From contig NC_081371.1 in NCBI RefSeq assembly GCF_030684315.1, positions 8,759,550 to 8,823,549 on the forward strand: a DNA stretch of 64,000 nucleotides, written 5' to 3'. The DNA is from Stegostoma tigrinum. Taxonomy: Eukaryota. Made by a program: the position numbers and the translations under genes. Under the pieces are notes generated by a model that worked only from the letters and a program-made list of their open reading frames with translations, did not search any database and was not told the origin of the DNA. This document shows positions 1 to 13,413 of the stretch, piece after piece (position 1 is the stretch's first letter; the number at the start of each line of letters is the position of its first letter).

Positions 1-250
1 GGAAGATTATTGGAACATGGGATATTGTCAGGGATGTGATTAACTTGGAGAGGCTGTGTTCGCAAAACCAGAAACATTCAAATGAGAACATTTCCAAATA
101 TTAGAAGAGTTTGAGATGGTGAATAGTGAAAAATTGTATTCTTGAATGAAAATATCTGAAAGGGCTAAAGTGGAGGATTGTTATGAGAACGACAAAGGAA
201 AGTTTTGAAGAATATTTTTAAAACAATATGTTATTAAGATTTTGGGCCTT
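1..250 (+). mobile_element. Highly decayed CR1 LINE 3' fragment
   Basis: Weak resemblance to the 3' ORF2 portion of other CR1 copies in the window (ggagaggctg...aaatattagaagagtttgagatggtgaatagtg). Confidence 0.4.
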
Positions 251-350
251 AGGATCTGGGGTGCTACACATTTAACCCAATCCCTACCTTCTAATAATAG
301 TATCCAGTGAAGGTATGGGTAATCTAATCATAATTACTAGTAACAAAATA

Positions 351-440
351 CAGCAAACTTCGTTTTAACTGACAACTTATGAACTGGCACATTCGATAAA
401 CTGGCAAAAATTATACTCCTGAAAATATGGAGGTTTACTG
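351..440. mobile_element. Pogo/Tigger-like MITE (~90 bp)
   Basis: TA|cagcaaacttc ... gaggtttactg|TA: imperfect TIR with TA target duplication, plus three internal aactg(g/a)ca motifs. Confidence 0.55.
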
Positions 441-676
441 TATTATTGCAATCTGTGAGTAATCAGTTGAGGGTGTGAGCGAGAAGGCTGTCTGCTGCAA
501 AGTTTTATTTAAATCAAAGTTGCATTATTATTTAAGTGATTTATGCTATAAATAAAGTGATGTGTATGCCCCTGCATTATGGTTCTATTACTTAGTGTGT
601 GCTTCTAAATTGATTGTGTGGACCTCTTGATCAACCATAAAATTTGAACTTCCAATGCACTCCTGGTCCCATAGGT

Positions 677-984
677 TAGAATCGTAGCATCCCTACAATG
701 TGGAAACAGGCCCTTCGGCCCAACAAGTCCACACTGAACCAAGGAGTATCCCACCCAGACCCATCCCCTAATCTACATATCCCTAAACATTATGGGCAAT
801 TTAGCATGGCCAATCCACCTAGCCTGCACATCTTTGGACTTGGGAGGAAACCAGAGCAAACCTACACACGCACACAGAGAGAATGTGCAAACTGCATAAA
901 GACAGTCACCCGAAGGTGGAATCGAACCTGGGTGTCGCTGGCACTGTGAGACAGCAGTGCTAACCACTGAGCCACTGTGCCACC
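677..984 (-). mobile_element. HE1-type tRNA-derived V-SINE
   Basis: Minus strand reads ggtggcacagtggctcagtggttagcactg (A box), ggttcgattcc (B box), V-domain gtttgcacattctc...caaagatgtgcagg, then a CR1-like tail gggccgaagggcctgtttccac. Confidence 0.9.
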
Positions 985-1805
985 TGCTTCTAGAGAGTAA
1001 GGTTTGCTGTATTAGCACAGAAGTGCATAAAAATCACTTGACAATTGCACAAGTTTTATTGAGAAATCACCTATTTGGGCTCAGCAACTGGGTTCGGGCT
1101 TTGTGCCGTACTTTGGAACTCTTCTTCCATTTCTTCACTACCCACCACGTCCCCAAAGCTTCTCAGCACCACCACCTCGCACGTGCACTTGCCCGCCATC
1201 CTAGCGCTCACTGTGGCCCTTTTTCACTGTTGCTGGCAACTGTAGTGTCTTCACCCAAAATGACTGTACTTCAGTATGTGAGCACAGTGGACAAATGTAA
1301 CGGCCTTGATAGCTGAGTCCAGATTTGTACAGGTGAAGCTACTCAAGACAGCAACAATGAATAGGAACTACAGTGCATAGACAGGAGGCTATGACTTCTA
1401 CGGACAGCAGTACCATGTTCCAGTCGTAAAGAGTTCATAATCCAGTGCCCTTGTAAACTCTGGAAAGTTGTGAATCATCGGACTGCGAGTCACAGCCTAA
1501 TATGCAATTGATTGATGTTTTTAATGAAAAGGGATGATTGTTTGCCACTAGCACAGCAGTAGGCTCAGCCTTTTTTCAGATCAGCAAGTGCGTTTCAGGA
1601 TTAAATTTAAGCCACTACATAGCTCAGACATGTCGTTCACATTCTCTGTAAGACGGAAACTCCCAGAGGACCTGGTGGGGGGGTTATGTTTAGTCTATAT
1701 AGATTTCTCACTGTGGAGCTTTCTAATGGGCTCATTCACTGTTGATTGGACTCACTTTAATGGCTGTTTTTGTAACTGCCCCATTTGCTGCTGCTTGAAC
1801 ATAAC

Positions 1806-4800
1806 TGAGTACAGTACAGGAACCGACCCTTTGGCCCACCTGTCTGTGTTGATCCATGATGCCATTTTAAAGTCATGCCAGCCCATGGTCCATAGCCCTG
1901 TCATCATGGCCCATATTTTGTTTGTTTGAATGCCTCTTAAATGTTGCTATCATGTCTGCTTCTACCACTTCCCCTGACAGCATGTACCAGCCACCTTCCA
2001 CCCTGGTACATTTTGAAAATTTTCTCTTCTCACCTTGAACTTATGTGCCGTAATTTTGATCTTGCAGAAAAGGGGAAAGAGACACTGCTGACCTTATTCT
2101 TACCTGTCATAATTTTATATACCTCTATCAGGCCGTCCCTCAGTCTCTGATGCTTTTGCAAAAAGTATCCAACTTTGTTGAACCTTTTCTTTTAGCCAAT
2201 GCAGTCCAATCCAAGCAAGATCCTTGTAAATCTCTTCTGCACTGACTCCAAGGCTTCCATACCCTTCCTTTAATGCAGCACCAGAAGTGCACACAATACT
2301 CCAAATGTGGCCTTATTGAAATTTTATAAAGCTGCAACATAGCTTGCCAATTTTTACACTCGGTGCCTTGACTGATCATGCCAAACACCTTCTTTACTAA
2401 CCTATCCACTTGTGTTGCCGCTTTCAGAGAGCTATAGACTTGCATCCCAAAGTTTCTCTGTGTATCAATAAAGCTAAGCGTTCTGCCATTTGCTGTATAA
2501 TTTCCTTTTGAATTTGACCTCCCAAAATGCATCACTTCACACTTGTCAAGATTAAACACCATCTGCCATTTCTTCACCCAAGGTTCCAACTGACTTACAT
2601 CTTGCTGTATCTTTTGATATCTTCCTCACCATCCACAAGTCCACAATTTTTGTCGTCTACAAACTAACTGATCAGTCCTCCGACATTTTCATCCAGAACA
2701 AACTACAGAAATCCAAGCACTGATCGTTGCGTAATGCCATAGATCACAGAACTCCAGCCAGAAACCCACGTCTCCAGAACTATCTTCTGTTGAATCACCA
2801 AACCAATTTCAAAGAATCCCTACTGTGTGGAAACAGGCCATTTGGCCCAGCAAGTCCAAACTGACTCCCTGAAGAGCATTACACCGAGCCTCACCTTATC
2901 CCTGCATTTCCTTGTGGCTAATCCGCTTAACCTACACATCCCCAGACACTCTGGGAAACTTAGCATAGCCAGTCTACCTAACTTGCACATCTTTGGAATG
3001 TGGGAGAAAACAGGAACACCAGGAGGAAACCCACGCAGGTTCAGGGAAAATGTACAGACTCCACACTGACGGTTGCCCAAGGCTGGAATTGAACCCAGGT
3101 CCCTGCTTCTTGAGGCATCAGTGCTCACCAATGAGCCACCATGCTGCCCAATTTTGTGCCCAACTTGCCAACTCACCATGGATCACATGTGACTTAACCA
3201 TCTGAAACAGCCTACCATGATGGTCCTTGTCAGATGCTTTCATGAAGTCTGTGTAGAATACATCCACTGTCTGAACTTCATTAGTCATCTTCCTGACTTC
3301 CTCAGAAAGCTCAATCAAATATGTGACACAAGACCTCCCCAACACAATGTTGCCAGCTGCTAATGAGTCCAACCTTTTCCAAATTTGAGGAAATCCTGTC
3401 CCATAGAATCATCTCCAGCCATTTCTCCATCATTGATGTAAGGCTCTCGGACCTGTATTTTCTTGGATTATCCATGTTGCCCTTCATAAACAAAGGAACA
3501 ACTTTGGCTATTTTCTAGTCTTCTGGAATCTCACCTATGACTAAAGACAATCTCTGACAAGGCCCTAGCAATCACCTCCCTTGATCCGCAGATTGATCTC
3601 ATTCAACCCTGGGGTCTTACCTACTTTATTGCATTCAAAATACCCAAACCCTCAGCCTTTTTTATATTGATATACCCTTGAATATAAACATACCCCTCCC
3701 CATTCTTACCATCATCTGTGGTCTTGGTGAATACTGATGTAAAGTTCTCATTAAGGACCTCACCACCTGGCTTTACACATAACTTGCCACCTTTGTCCTT
3801 GAGTGGACCTAACCTTTGTCTAGCTATCCTCTTGCTAATATATGGATACAGTGCCTTGGAATTCGCCTTAATCTTACTTTTGAAGGATATTTCATGGCCA
3901 GTTTAGACCTCTGAATGCTTTTCTGCTTTCTTCACATTCCTCAAGGACCTGTCTGATATCAGTTCCTAACTCTTGCAGATACTTCCTTTTCCTTTTCCTT
4001 TTTGACTAATCTTTGAATATCTCTTGTCATCCATGGTTCCTGAATCTTGCCATCCTTGTTTTTCATCCTCACAGCAACATGCTGATCCTGCATTCTGATC
4101 AACTTGCCTTTCAAAGACTCCCACAGGACTGATGTGAATTTTTCCCCACTCTGATTTCTCCAGTTTCTGCCTAATACTGTTGTAATTAGCCTTCCCCAAT
4201 TTACTGCTTTCACCCAAGGAGCAGTCTTATCCTTATACATAACTACCATAAAACTTGGCAAATTAGAATTATGATCACTGTTCCCAAGATGCTTCCCCCC
4301 ACATGAAATTTGGACCACCTGGCTGGGCTCATTCCCGAGTACAAGGTCTAGTACAACCCCTTTCATAGTTGGATGTCTGCATACTGTTTCAGGTAACTCC
4401 TCGGATATACCTACAAGTTCCGTTCCATCGAAGCGCCTGGCACTAAGAGTCGCAATCAACATAGGGGCAGTTAAAATCACCCATTATAACCACTGTATGG
4501 TTGATAATTTCTTTCCATGATCTGCTTCTCTAGCTGTTCCTCTGTCTCCCACAGGTTATTGGGAGGCCTGCATGCCCTCATCATAGTGATTTTATCTTTC
4601 TTATTCCTGATGACTACCCATATGGCATCGCTGGATGAGCCCTCCGTGATGTCCTCTTTGAAAATCTCCTGAATCAGTACTGAACTCCTCCACCCCCTTT
4701 TTTTTTTATCCTTCTCCATCATGCCTGAAACATCCCAATTCCTGAATATAGATCTGCCAGTCCTGTCCTTCTCTCAACAAAGTTTCTGGAAAGGCCTCAA

Positions 4801-5155
4801 CATTGTGGTTCCATGTACTAACCCAAGCCGTAAGATCATCTACCTTACCTGTTACATTCCTTGCAATCAAATCAATACATTTCTGGGTGCTATGCCCGCT
4901 GTCTTCATTAACCTGACCCTGCTTGTTCTTGGCTTACCTTCTCCTCAATCACTCCATATGCTAACCGGCTGCTCTGGATCCCAATCCCCTGCCACACGAG
5001 TATAAACCCTCTCAAGTGGCACAAGCAAACCTACCAGGAAGGATGTTGGTGTCCCTCCAGTTTAGATGCAACCCATCCATCCTGTCCTGGAAGAGATCCC
5101 AGTGTTTCAGATATCTGAAGCCCTCCTTTCTACACCAGCTCTTCAGTGTGTTACA
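1806..5155 (-). mobile_element. Decayed CR1 (HER1-like) LINE: ORF1 end, APE endonuclease, RT and 3' UTR
   Basis: Fragmented minus-strand ORFs: PTMKGVVLDLVLGNEP/HLGNSDHN (EN), NPRKYRSESLTS, VDVFYTDFMKASDK and KWQMVFNLDKCEVMHFG...RPHLEYC (RT). Interrupted by a SINE. Confidence 0.9.
2810..3147 (-). mobile_element. HE1-type V-SINE nested in CR1
   Basis: Paralogous to 677-984. Flanked by 7-bp TSD ccaattt (2803-2809 and 3148-3154). Confidence 0.9.
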
Positions 5156-6659
5156 TTCTTCGCTCCTAAATGTTAACTGCAAATTGGCTGCAACAAGTCA
5201 AAAATGTGGACGCCGGAGGGAACAAGTATTGCCAACAGATTGCTGTCGCTACTTACCCCGTTGAACTTACAGAAATTCATTATCTAATCAAGTGTCACAG
5301 GCGAGGAACGAAGAATGAGGATGATGGCTGGGACACAAAAGCCTGAAGCCCCTTACTTTCCATCTATTTAGTTGCACTAGATCTCCAGCGCAGTATCTTG
5401 GTCATCTTCAGGACAGCTTGTTCAAGGAATGAGAACTTACTGACACTGATACTTGGAGAATTACTTGACCATCCAGAGTGTGCGCTTGGATGTAGGTTAA
5501 GAGATGTTCCCATCTGGACACCATGACACAGTTAAAGAACCTGGCATCACTCTGTGTTACTAAGCAAGGCTTCAATTCCCCCTTTAGCCAAAGACAAGCG
5601 ATAGTCATGCAGGGAAGAATTGCAACAACCTTTTTAGAGCTATTCATGGCCAGCTAATCAAGTACAAAGTTACTTAAGGTTTTCAACTTACTTAACGTGA
5701 TTTCTGAAGATGATTCGTCAGCAAGGCTCAATGTCCAACAACTATAAATGCCTGTGCTCTCCCCATCCAGCCTTGGCTTCCCCACCTATTTTGGCAATGA
5801 TTCAAACTCCCCAGCCTTGCACCCTCCTTAACAACCACGAGACAGACCCCCCAGGATTATATTTACGCCAAACCTCTGACTGACTTTGGCCGTCCCTAGG
5901 CATGACTGACTGGACCCCTGAGCTTTGCTGTGTTTGCAACACCCCAACTGGTGATATGCTATTCCCCCTGACTGCATGAGCTGGCTGGACGCAACTGATT
6001 GTTGGAAACTCCCCAGGCTAGTGTCAGACAGCTCCCCTGACTGTCAGTGTCCCAAGTGACTGAATGACCCCTGGACCGCATGCAACCTGTGCCTGTGATT
6101 GACAATACCGGACCCCCGGGTAGACAGCCGCTATCCCTTGACTGGATGGAGGACTGGCTAGCCCCTGTTTTCTGACATGGCCATTTGGTTGAATGAAGGT
6201 GCCATACATCTGCCACACGTGCCACTGTCACATGACGTACATGTTATGTTGCTGTTACAGTGTGCTTACAGCAAGACACCCACCCATCTCTTGATAGCTG
6301 TGTAACTACAAGGATGACAAGCTTGTTTGTGAGACTGTGCACAGAAAGGTACTGCTGGCTCTTAGGCTCTGGCTCAAGTGCCAGCACACTGACACATATG
6401 ACAGGGCATGGGAACTGTGAGCAAGCATTAATAGACCAAGCAAGCAGCCCTGAGATGCAGACTAGTGCAATCCATTGGGCCCGACGCTGCACACACAGTG
6501 CTCCTGCTTTGAGTGCGAGTTATGAGCACAGCACATGTATGTTCTTGCAGAATGCCCTGCCAGTGTATCAGAGAGAGATGCCCGGTTGTTCCTGGGGATT
6601 GGCACAATTTTGCCTTAGCCCAACTTGTTCAAGCCCTTATAAGATCCCACCCTTAGGAA

Positions 6660-8240
6660 CCGTTCCAAATGCAGTTGAAAATCAAGAGGTGAATTGGAAC
6701 GAAGAATATAATACAATTGCCATCACCAGGGAAAAGGTGTTGGGAAAATTATTAGGGAAAAAAAAGGCTGTCAGGTCCCCATGACCAAATGGCCTGTATT
6801 ACGGGGTTTGAAAGAAATGGCTGCAGGGAGGCAGTGGTTATAATCTTCTAATTTTTTTTAAATTCTGGAAGATAGCTCATGCAATAACTTTATGTAAGAA
6901 AAGAGGGAGACAGAAAGCAGACCAGTTAATCTAATGTCTGCCATAGGGAAATTGTTAGATTATTTTATTAAGCAAGTAATAACAGGATATTTATGGAAAT
7001 CATAATTGCATCATAAAGAGACAATATTACTTCAGGAAAGGGAAATTGCATTTAAGGCATTTATTAGAATGCTTGAGGAAGCAACAAGCAAGGTAGATAG
7101 AGTGGAATCTGTAGATGTGGTGTATTTAGATTTCCAACAAACATTTGAAAAGGTGCGATTGTAAAAGTTAATAATTGTGGATCAGAGAACATGGCTGAAG
7201 GTGTTGGGACAACGCATTAGGATGCATGAAAGATTAATTAGCTGTAGGATGGTAGATGAGAGGGTGGTTTCAAATTCAGCGAGAGTGGAGTGCCACCAGA
7301 GATCATTGCTGGGATGTCAATTATTTAGGACATATATAAATGATTTGGATGAAAGTACTGATTGTATAGCGCTAAATTTGCCGACCACAGCTGGATCAGT
7401 CAGAACTCATTATGTCGAGAGGTAGCTGCAAAGGGATTTAGACAGATTAGGAAGTAGGAAAAATTTGGAAGATGGAGTATAATGTTGTTGAATGTGATCT
7501 TGTCCACTTTGGCAGGAAGAATAAACAAGTAGTAGTGTGTTTAAATTGAGGGAAATTGCAGAACTGGCTGGTTTGGGGGATGTAGGTATCTACAATGTTA
7601 GTGTACAGCTAGAACAAGTGATTAGGAAGGCAAATTAAATGTGGCCCGTTATTGCAAAGAGAATGGAAGGCAAAGGTAGAGAAGTTCTATCACATCTGGA
7701 GTACTGTGTCCCATTTTGATCTCCTGTTTCAAAAAGATGTAATTGTGTTTGAAGCAGTTCAGAGCAAGCTCATTCAGCTCATTCTGAGGAAGAAGTGCTT
7801 ATCTTAGGAAGAAGATTGAACAGCTTGGGCTTTTGCTCTTTGAAGTTTAAATGGATGAGAGGGGAACTTATTGACATGTAAGATCCTGAGAAGACTTAAT
7901 AGGATGTATACCAGAGAATGTTCCATCATGGGGAGATCTAGAAAAGGAGACACTTTACAAATGAAGACTCCCTTTGAAGATAGATGAGAATTTTATTCTC
8001 TGGAAAGGGCATTGGTCTGTGGAATTCTCATATTCTGGGGAAGAGACTACTTGTATATTCCATTCTCCTTACAGTAGCTGCCGACAGTGGTGGCTGTGCT
8101 GTTCAGTACATTCATGGCAGAGTCAATAGACTTTAGGTGAATCGAGGATTATGGGAGGCAAACATGAAAATGGATTTAAGAGCACAAGGAGATCACCATG
8201 ACCTAATTGAATGGTGGTGTAGGTTCAAAGGGCTGAATGG
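6660..8240 (+). mobile_element. Decayed 5'-truncated CR1 LINE (RT and 3' UTR)
   Basis: ITREKVLGKLLG..SP, gtagatgtggtgtatttagatttcc (VDVVYLDF), TYINDLDE, gagtactgtgtcc, and 3' tail aaagggctgaatgg. Confidence 0.85.
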
Positions 8241-8977
8241 TTTTTCCAGGCTAGCATGGCCTTCCTTGCTTAAACCATTGATGTTGTTTCTTTTAATATG
8301 CACGCTCAGTGTGTCAAAGGCCTAGGCACATCTTCAACTTGCCCCCACTTCAGTTATTAGATTGTTTCAATGTTTCATCTCAAAACTTCTTTTAAACATT
8401 ATTGTCAACATATTATCTGTTCCACATACCTGGCAGAACAGAATGTAATGTGCCAGATTGACTTTTCTGTAGCGTTAAGTGTTGCGATACAAGACCCCCT
8501 CGACATAACTGCCTTCTGTGCAGACCATGGAGCTTAATTTTCTCGAATCACAATCTAAAAAGAACACAGATTCCATTCTTCTCTGTTTCCTGCCTGAATA
8601 AATTGAATCATACCACCATAATGGTGTTCTTTCAAACTAACATGAGAACCAGATCTCCTCCAAACATTTCATTGGGTAATATTTTTGTTCATCTGAACCC
8701 TGGTGCAGGATAACCCTTTGACCTTGGCACTGGGCTCAAAATGAGTTATTTATTGTTTCTAAACGAGCTTTCACAAAAATATGTATTGAGGAAGGAAAAG
8801 CACTTCTGACACAGTGCCATGCCGTAGACAGCACCTTGCATTCATACAGCTTGAAGTAATTCAGAGAGGGAACGCAGCACAGAGGAGTGGTGAGAGCAGA
8901 GTTATAGCATGGTCAGTGAGACAGGCTTTGATGAGGTAGAGAGAGAAGTTGTTTGAAAGTGGCCTGAAGCGGAGGCT

Positions 8978-9225
8978 TGAATTATTGTTGTCACATGTAC
9001 CTAGGTGCAGTAAAAAGATTTGTTTGGAAGAAAGTATGACCAGGGGAGAAGGGGTCTTTGATGGTGGTTGCCTTTTCGACGCAGCGGATAGTCTTGGTGG
9101 AGTCAGTGGATAGAAGGTTGGATTGCGTGATGGACTGGGCTGTGTTCACACCTTTTTCGTTTCTGGGCAGAGCAATTGCTGTACTAAGCCATAGTTCATC
9201 TAGATTTAATGTTTTCTCTGCCCAG
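8978..9225 (-). mobile_element. Rex1/Babar-type LINE 3' fragment
   Basis: Minus-strand ORF VNTAQSITQSNL...IKDPFSPGHTFFQ matches the Rex1 C-terminal motif. Tail reads cctaggtacatgtgacaacaataa on the minus strand. Confidence 0.7.
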
Positions 9226-9374
9226 ATCATTGAGTAAAGGGAGAGGTGTCTACTGACAAAGCCAGAAAGGGGTCAAGAGCTCAGATGTCAATGAAACAGT
9301 AAACCATGCTCCATCTACTCTTTTAGGCATTGCACTGTGTTGAAAAAAGGTAGAGGAGGGAAGTTATCTTTCAC

Positions 9375-9511
9375 TACAGGACAGAGACAGGCCTTTTGGC
9401 TCAAACTAGTCCATGCTGACTAAAATGTCCATCCATGCTAACCCCATTTCCCTACACTTGGCCCATATCCTTCTAAACCTTTCCTATCCATGTATTTGTC
9501 CAAATGCCTTT
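9375..9511 (-). mobile_element. CR1 3' UTR fragment
   Basis: Reverse complement of the CR1 tails at 29150-29260 and 53210-53350. Confidence 0.7.
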
Positions 9512-9529
9512 CATGTTCTGATAATTATT

Positions 9530-9710
9530 TCTCCGTCAATCAAGATGATGAATATTTTTTTCAAAATCACAGATTATCTGAGTGTTGTTTGTGACATCTT
9601 TCTGTGCACATTAGCTGCCCTCATTTCCTGCATTACAACAGCAATTTCAAAGGCACCTCTTTGACTGCACTGAACTTTGGAACGTCATCAAAAATCAAGT
9701 GCATTCTTCG
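9530..9710 (+). mobile_element. DeuSINE/AmnSINE-like 3' fragment
   Basis: cagattatctg...gttgtttgtg...ctgtgcacattagctgcc...cattacaacag matches the other DeuSINE-like copies. Confidence 0.5.
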
Positions 9711-10097
9711 TTTCACTGGACTGTGGGACATTGCGGAGTTAGGGTTGGTTGAGAGAGTACAGATTCACGAATAAGACATGATTGAGGTAAGGGCTGAGAT
9801 GAGTTATTGCAGGATTGGAATAAAAATGGTATGTATTCAGCCAAACTTACTGTACTGCCTCTGGATGGAAGTGACAGCATGTAGGCTTTAATACATGTGG
9901 CATTCACTAAATATGCATCTATTCAGAAATGTTTCTTGGATAGCCTGTGCAGGAGGAGCTGCAGTAGGGTGTAAAGTGACTTATTTTTTTCCAGATTGAA
10001 TTGGTGATGAGACAAGTACCATGCTTCTCAAAGACATTTTACTTTGGAAGATTATGCTGTTCACTTTCTGGAACTGGAGCCTGAAGAGATTTTATTA

Positions 10098-10298
10098 GAA
10101 AAGCTCAGCAGTTCTGCTAGCATCTGTGAAGAAAACATCAGAGTTAAGGTTTCTGGTCTGGTGACCCTTCCTCAGAACCGGGCCTGAAACGTTAACTCTG
10201 ATTTTTTTTTTCTTCACAGATGCTGCCAGACCTGCTATTCCAGCAACTTCGATTTTTGTTCCTGATTTACAGCATCCACCCTTCTTTCAGTTTTTATT
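10098..10298. mobile_element. Penelope-derived fold-back mini-element, family B
   Basis: Inverted arms around ...cttcctcagaac. Perfect 14-bp TSD aagagattttatta (10084-10097 and 10299-10312). Confidence 0.85.
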
Positions 10299-10917
10299 AA
10301 GAGATTTTATTAACTATTTGCAATAATCCTACATAAAGTACACTGAAGAGCTCATGCTGATTAATTCCTGAGCCTTGACTTCCATTGTGCTCAACAGCAA
10401 ATTTTTATGCCTTGTTCATGGACTGCAGGTGATCGTTCGAAGTGCAACACTTTGATCAATCAAAGACTTAGCATGTGACCATGCTGCAGTCAGGCAAAAG
10501 GGAGGTATTCATTTTCCTTCGCAACCTGTCCATAGACTTGCAGCTTGGGTCGCAAATGTTTAAGCTTTGCCCTACATTCAGCCTCCTCGTTCGTAATGCT
10601 TTAATCTAATCGAGCACGGAACGTAGACAGCATTGCTTTTATATGGTAGTGTGAATGAACGGAATGAGACAGCCTGTCAGCAGTTTGCTGAAAGGGGTTC
10701 CATTTAGATATTAGGAGGTGGGCAGACCTCCTAATCAGACCATTTGGGCAGCAGAGGGCCTGTCCCTTGAAGTGGAACTTGCAGAATTCATTGATGGGTA
10801 ATTCTGGAAGAGCCTGAGTCAAAACTTTCTTCTCCATTTAGTGAGCTTACGATCCAAAAAAGGTGGTGTCTTTGGTTCTGTGTGTGAACAAACATGCCAA
10901 ACTAGATTCAGTGGGTT

Positions 10918-11132
10918 TAAAAGCGCAAGTTGCTGGAAAAGCTCAGCAGCTCTGGCAGCATTTGTAAAGAACAATCAGAGGTAATGTTTCGGGTCCGCTG
11001 ACCCTTGCTCAGAACACCAAAATGTCAACTCTGATGTTTTTTCCTTCACAGATGCTGTCAGATCTGCTGAGTTTTTCCAGCAACTTCTATTTTCGTTCCT
11101 GATTTACAGTATCCACAGTTCTTTCCGTTTTA
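10918..11132. mobile_element. Penelope-derived fold-back mini-element, family B
   Basis: Inverted arms. Perfect 15-bp TSD tagattcagtgggtt (10903-10917 and 11133-11147). Confidence 0.85.
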
Positions 11133-11169
11133 TAGATTCAGTGGGTTGTCGGTAATGCTACTTAATGAT

Positions 11170-11460
11170 CCTGAGTTTAAGGTAAAGTTTTGACGATATG
11201 TGACATGGTGCAGAGAGTGTCCAGATAAAAGCTCAAGCATTTAGAAATGAGATAAGACATTGTTTCACTTGATTGTCCTAATTTTTGGAATTCTCTGCTC
11301 CAGGGGGCTGCCCTGTTTTTAAGTATATTCAGCACAGGGATTGAAAGATTTTTCGATACTCAGGGGATCATTTAAAAAGTGGGGTTCATGTTCAAGTTCA
11401 GTCATGATCTTAGTGAATGAGCTGACAGGTTTGTGGGGGCTGAATAGCTGCTCCCGTTTC
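11170..11460 (+). mobile_element. Decayed CR1 3' end
   Basis: ttggaattctctgc...tcagtcatgatcttagtgaatg...gggctgaatagctgctcc, similar to the tail at 47100-47165. Confidence 0.55.
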
Positions 11461-12520
11461 TCATCATTTTTGCGTTTTGACCCATTGAGGTTGTGATGCT
11501 GAAAACTGTGACATTGAAAGGCTGGAGCAAGTAAGCATGTTGTGAGTGAGAGACGAGGTAATGTTATATCATCTGTACTTGGCAAAAAATGACTGCAGTT
11601 CAACAAGAAGCAGGAAAAAGGTTCTCCGTTCTCTTTTGGTGAGATTTACCATCGATATGACAAGTCAACAGCCCCTTTGTTCACCCTTTCTGTTTCACAG
11701 TAACATAGTTCATTTGAGAGCAGAGTGTAAGGAGATCCTTAAGTCAGAACAGTCAAGCTGTACATTTATCATAAAACCACTAGATGTTCAAATTCAAAGT
11801 AAAGCCATGGCATAAAACTGTCTGGATTAATTTTCCACTCAGGAGCTTTGACCTACTTGAAGAGTTATCACTAAATTCTGTTAATCTCAGATGCCAAATT
11901 TGTGAAGGTACAAACAATGATTACAGTTTAAAAGGTAAAGACTTCACTTTTGTTTTCTGTTATGGAATTCAGGATGAGATCAGATTTTATGATGTAATTT
12001 AACCTTTTTGAAGCTTCAGTGTATTGGTGTTAAATACAGCCATTAATATTCTTCCAGGCTACATTTCTGGGCGTGGCAGTGCCCTCACCTTATAATACAG
12101 AACCTCTGGGAGAAGATGGGAGCTGAAATACATCACTTTTTGTTAGTGAAGCTGTTTGTCTTCATTAGGCTGTAGTTTTAAATTTCAAATTATTCAAATT
12201 GATAAAACAAAATTAAATATGAGCTGTGGTAGGATAATAGACCCCCTTTTCAAACCAAAGTCAATGACCAAATCAACAATGTATCACTTTTCAGTTCAGT
12301 TGTATCACTTCTATTTGACCAGTGGATTTTCAGCAAAGCAGACGGAGTGTTCTAAAGACAAGCATGGCTCAGCGCTACCCCTCAGCTCATCTTAGCTCAT
12401 GTCTTGACTACTGAATCCCCTCACAACTTTCCTTCCAAACTCAAGCTCTTGTTTCCTCTGACTGAACACACTAGTAAGAATCTTGTTGAGATGGTGGGGA
12501 CCTCTTCTGTATGCCAGCCA

Positions 12521-13413
12521 TGATGTTAGGTGTTTATTTATTATTTCCTATAATTTCCTTTAGAGTTTGGATCTTGAACTAGTGGCATATGGGTTTTGGT
12601 TTGTATGTATGAAGACGTGCAATAATGAACTTGTCAGTCTTTCTGGAGCTATGACTTTTAACCAGTTTGTCTGAGTGAGTACCTTCAAGAATGGTAGTGG
12701 GAATTTGTTTCCATGATAACAATTCTGTGATCGAAAAGATTAAACATTGAAAAGTGTAGAGAAGCAGAAATTCATTATTTTTACCGAGTGGAAAAACACA
12801 AAAATTGGAAAGCTTTAGGTTTCAGATTGTGGGAAGATATAGCAGAGACTAGATGTAAGAACAGTTTCACCTGGAGAAAAACATTAGTTCAGAACAGTTA
12901 GGAAATAAGTTACCGAAGTGTCAGGGTTTTCATTTTGAAATTCCAGACCAGAATTATTTTGTGAGAACCCTGAAAGGATTATTTGAAACTAAAAAAACTT
13001 AAGCTCACTTGTGTGAGTCATCAAGGGAAAGTGATCAAGCTGTCAAGATCGGGAATCGAAAGAAACAGTTAAGTTGAATCTGTATATGTGATAGAGAAGG
13101 GAACATTGTCTGGTATTCTAATACTGAAGAATAATGGTGTTGGGAATAGATGGGATTTTATTTTACTTTGAGTCTTTAATCTTTCAAATTGAGATAGATG
13201 CAAATAGTTTGGTTTGTTCAGTTTATCTTTATTTCTTTTACATCATAAATGTGTTTAATTTTTAAAAGAAAATGTTCCAAGCTGCATGCTTATGTTTCAG
13301 TGAAAGACCATCTCATTAAGTTTTTTAAAAAATGACAAAATATTATCTCTCAAGCTGGATGTCAGTCTGGGATCTGAAATGTTCATTAACAATATGAGCT
13401 GAGATCAGAAACA
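12521..13413. mobile_element. Probable solo LTR (~893 bp)
   Basis: Starts TG and ends AACA. Flanked by the direct repeat cagcca (12515-12520 and 13414-13419). AT-rich interior with no ORF in the track. Confidence 0.55.

Noticed and set aside
910-984. tRNA-like A/B boxes (also at 19367, 45190, 60525)
   Set aside because: SINE heads with no complete cloverleaf, so not tRNA genes.
5700-6560. GC-richer segment with a 174-aa ORF; faint Harbinger-like words (WLLG, IDQA)
   Set aside because: No catalytic DDE motifs or TIRs discernible; too weak to call without an HMM search.
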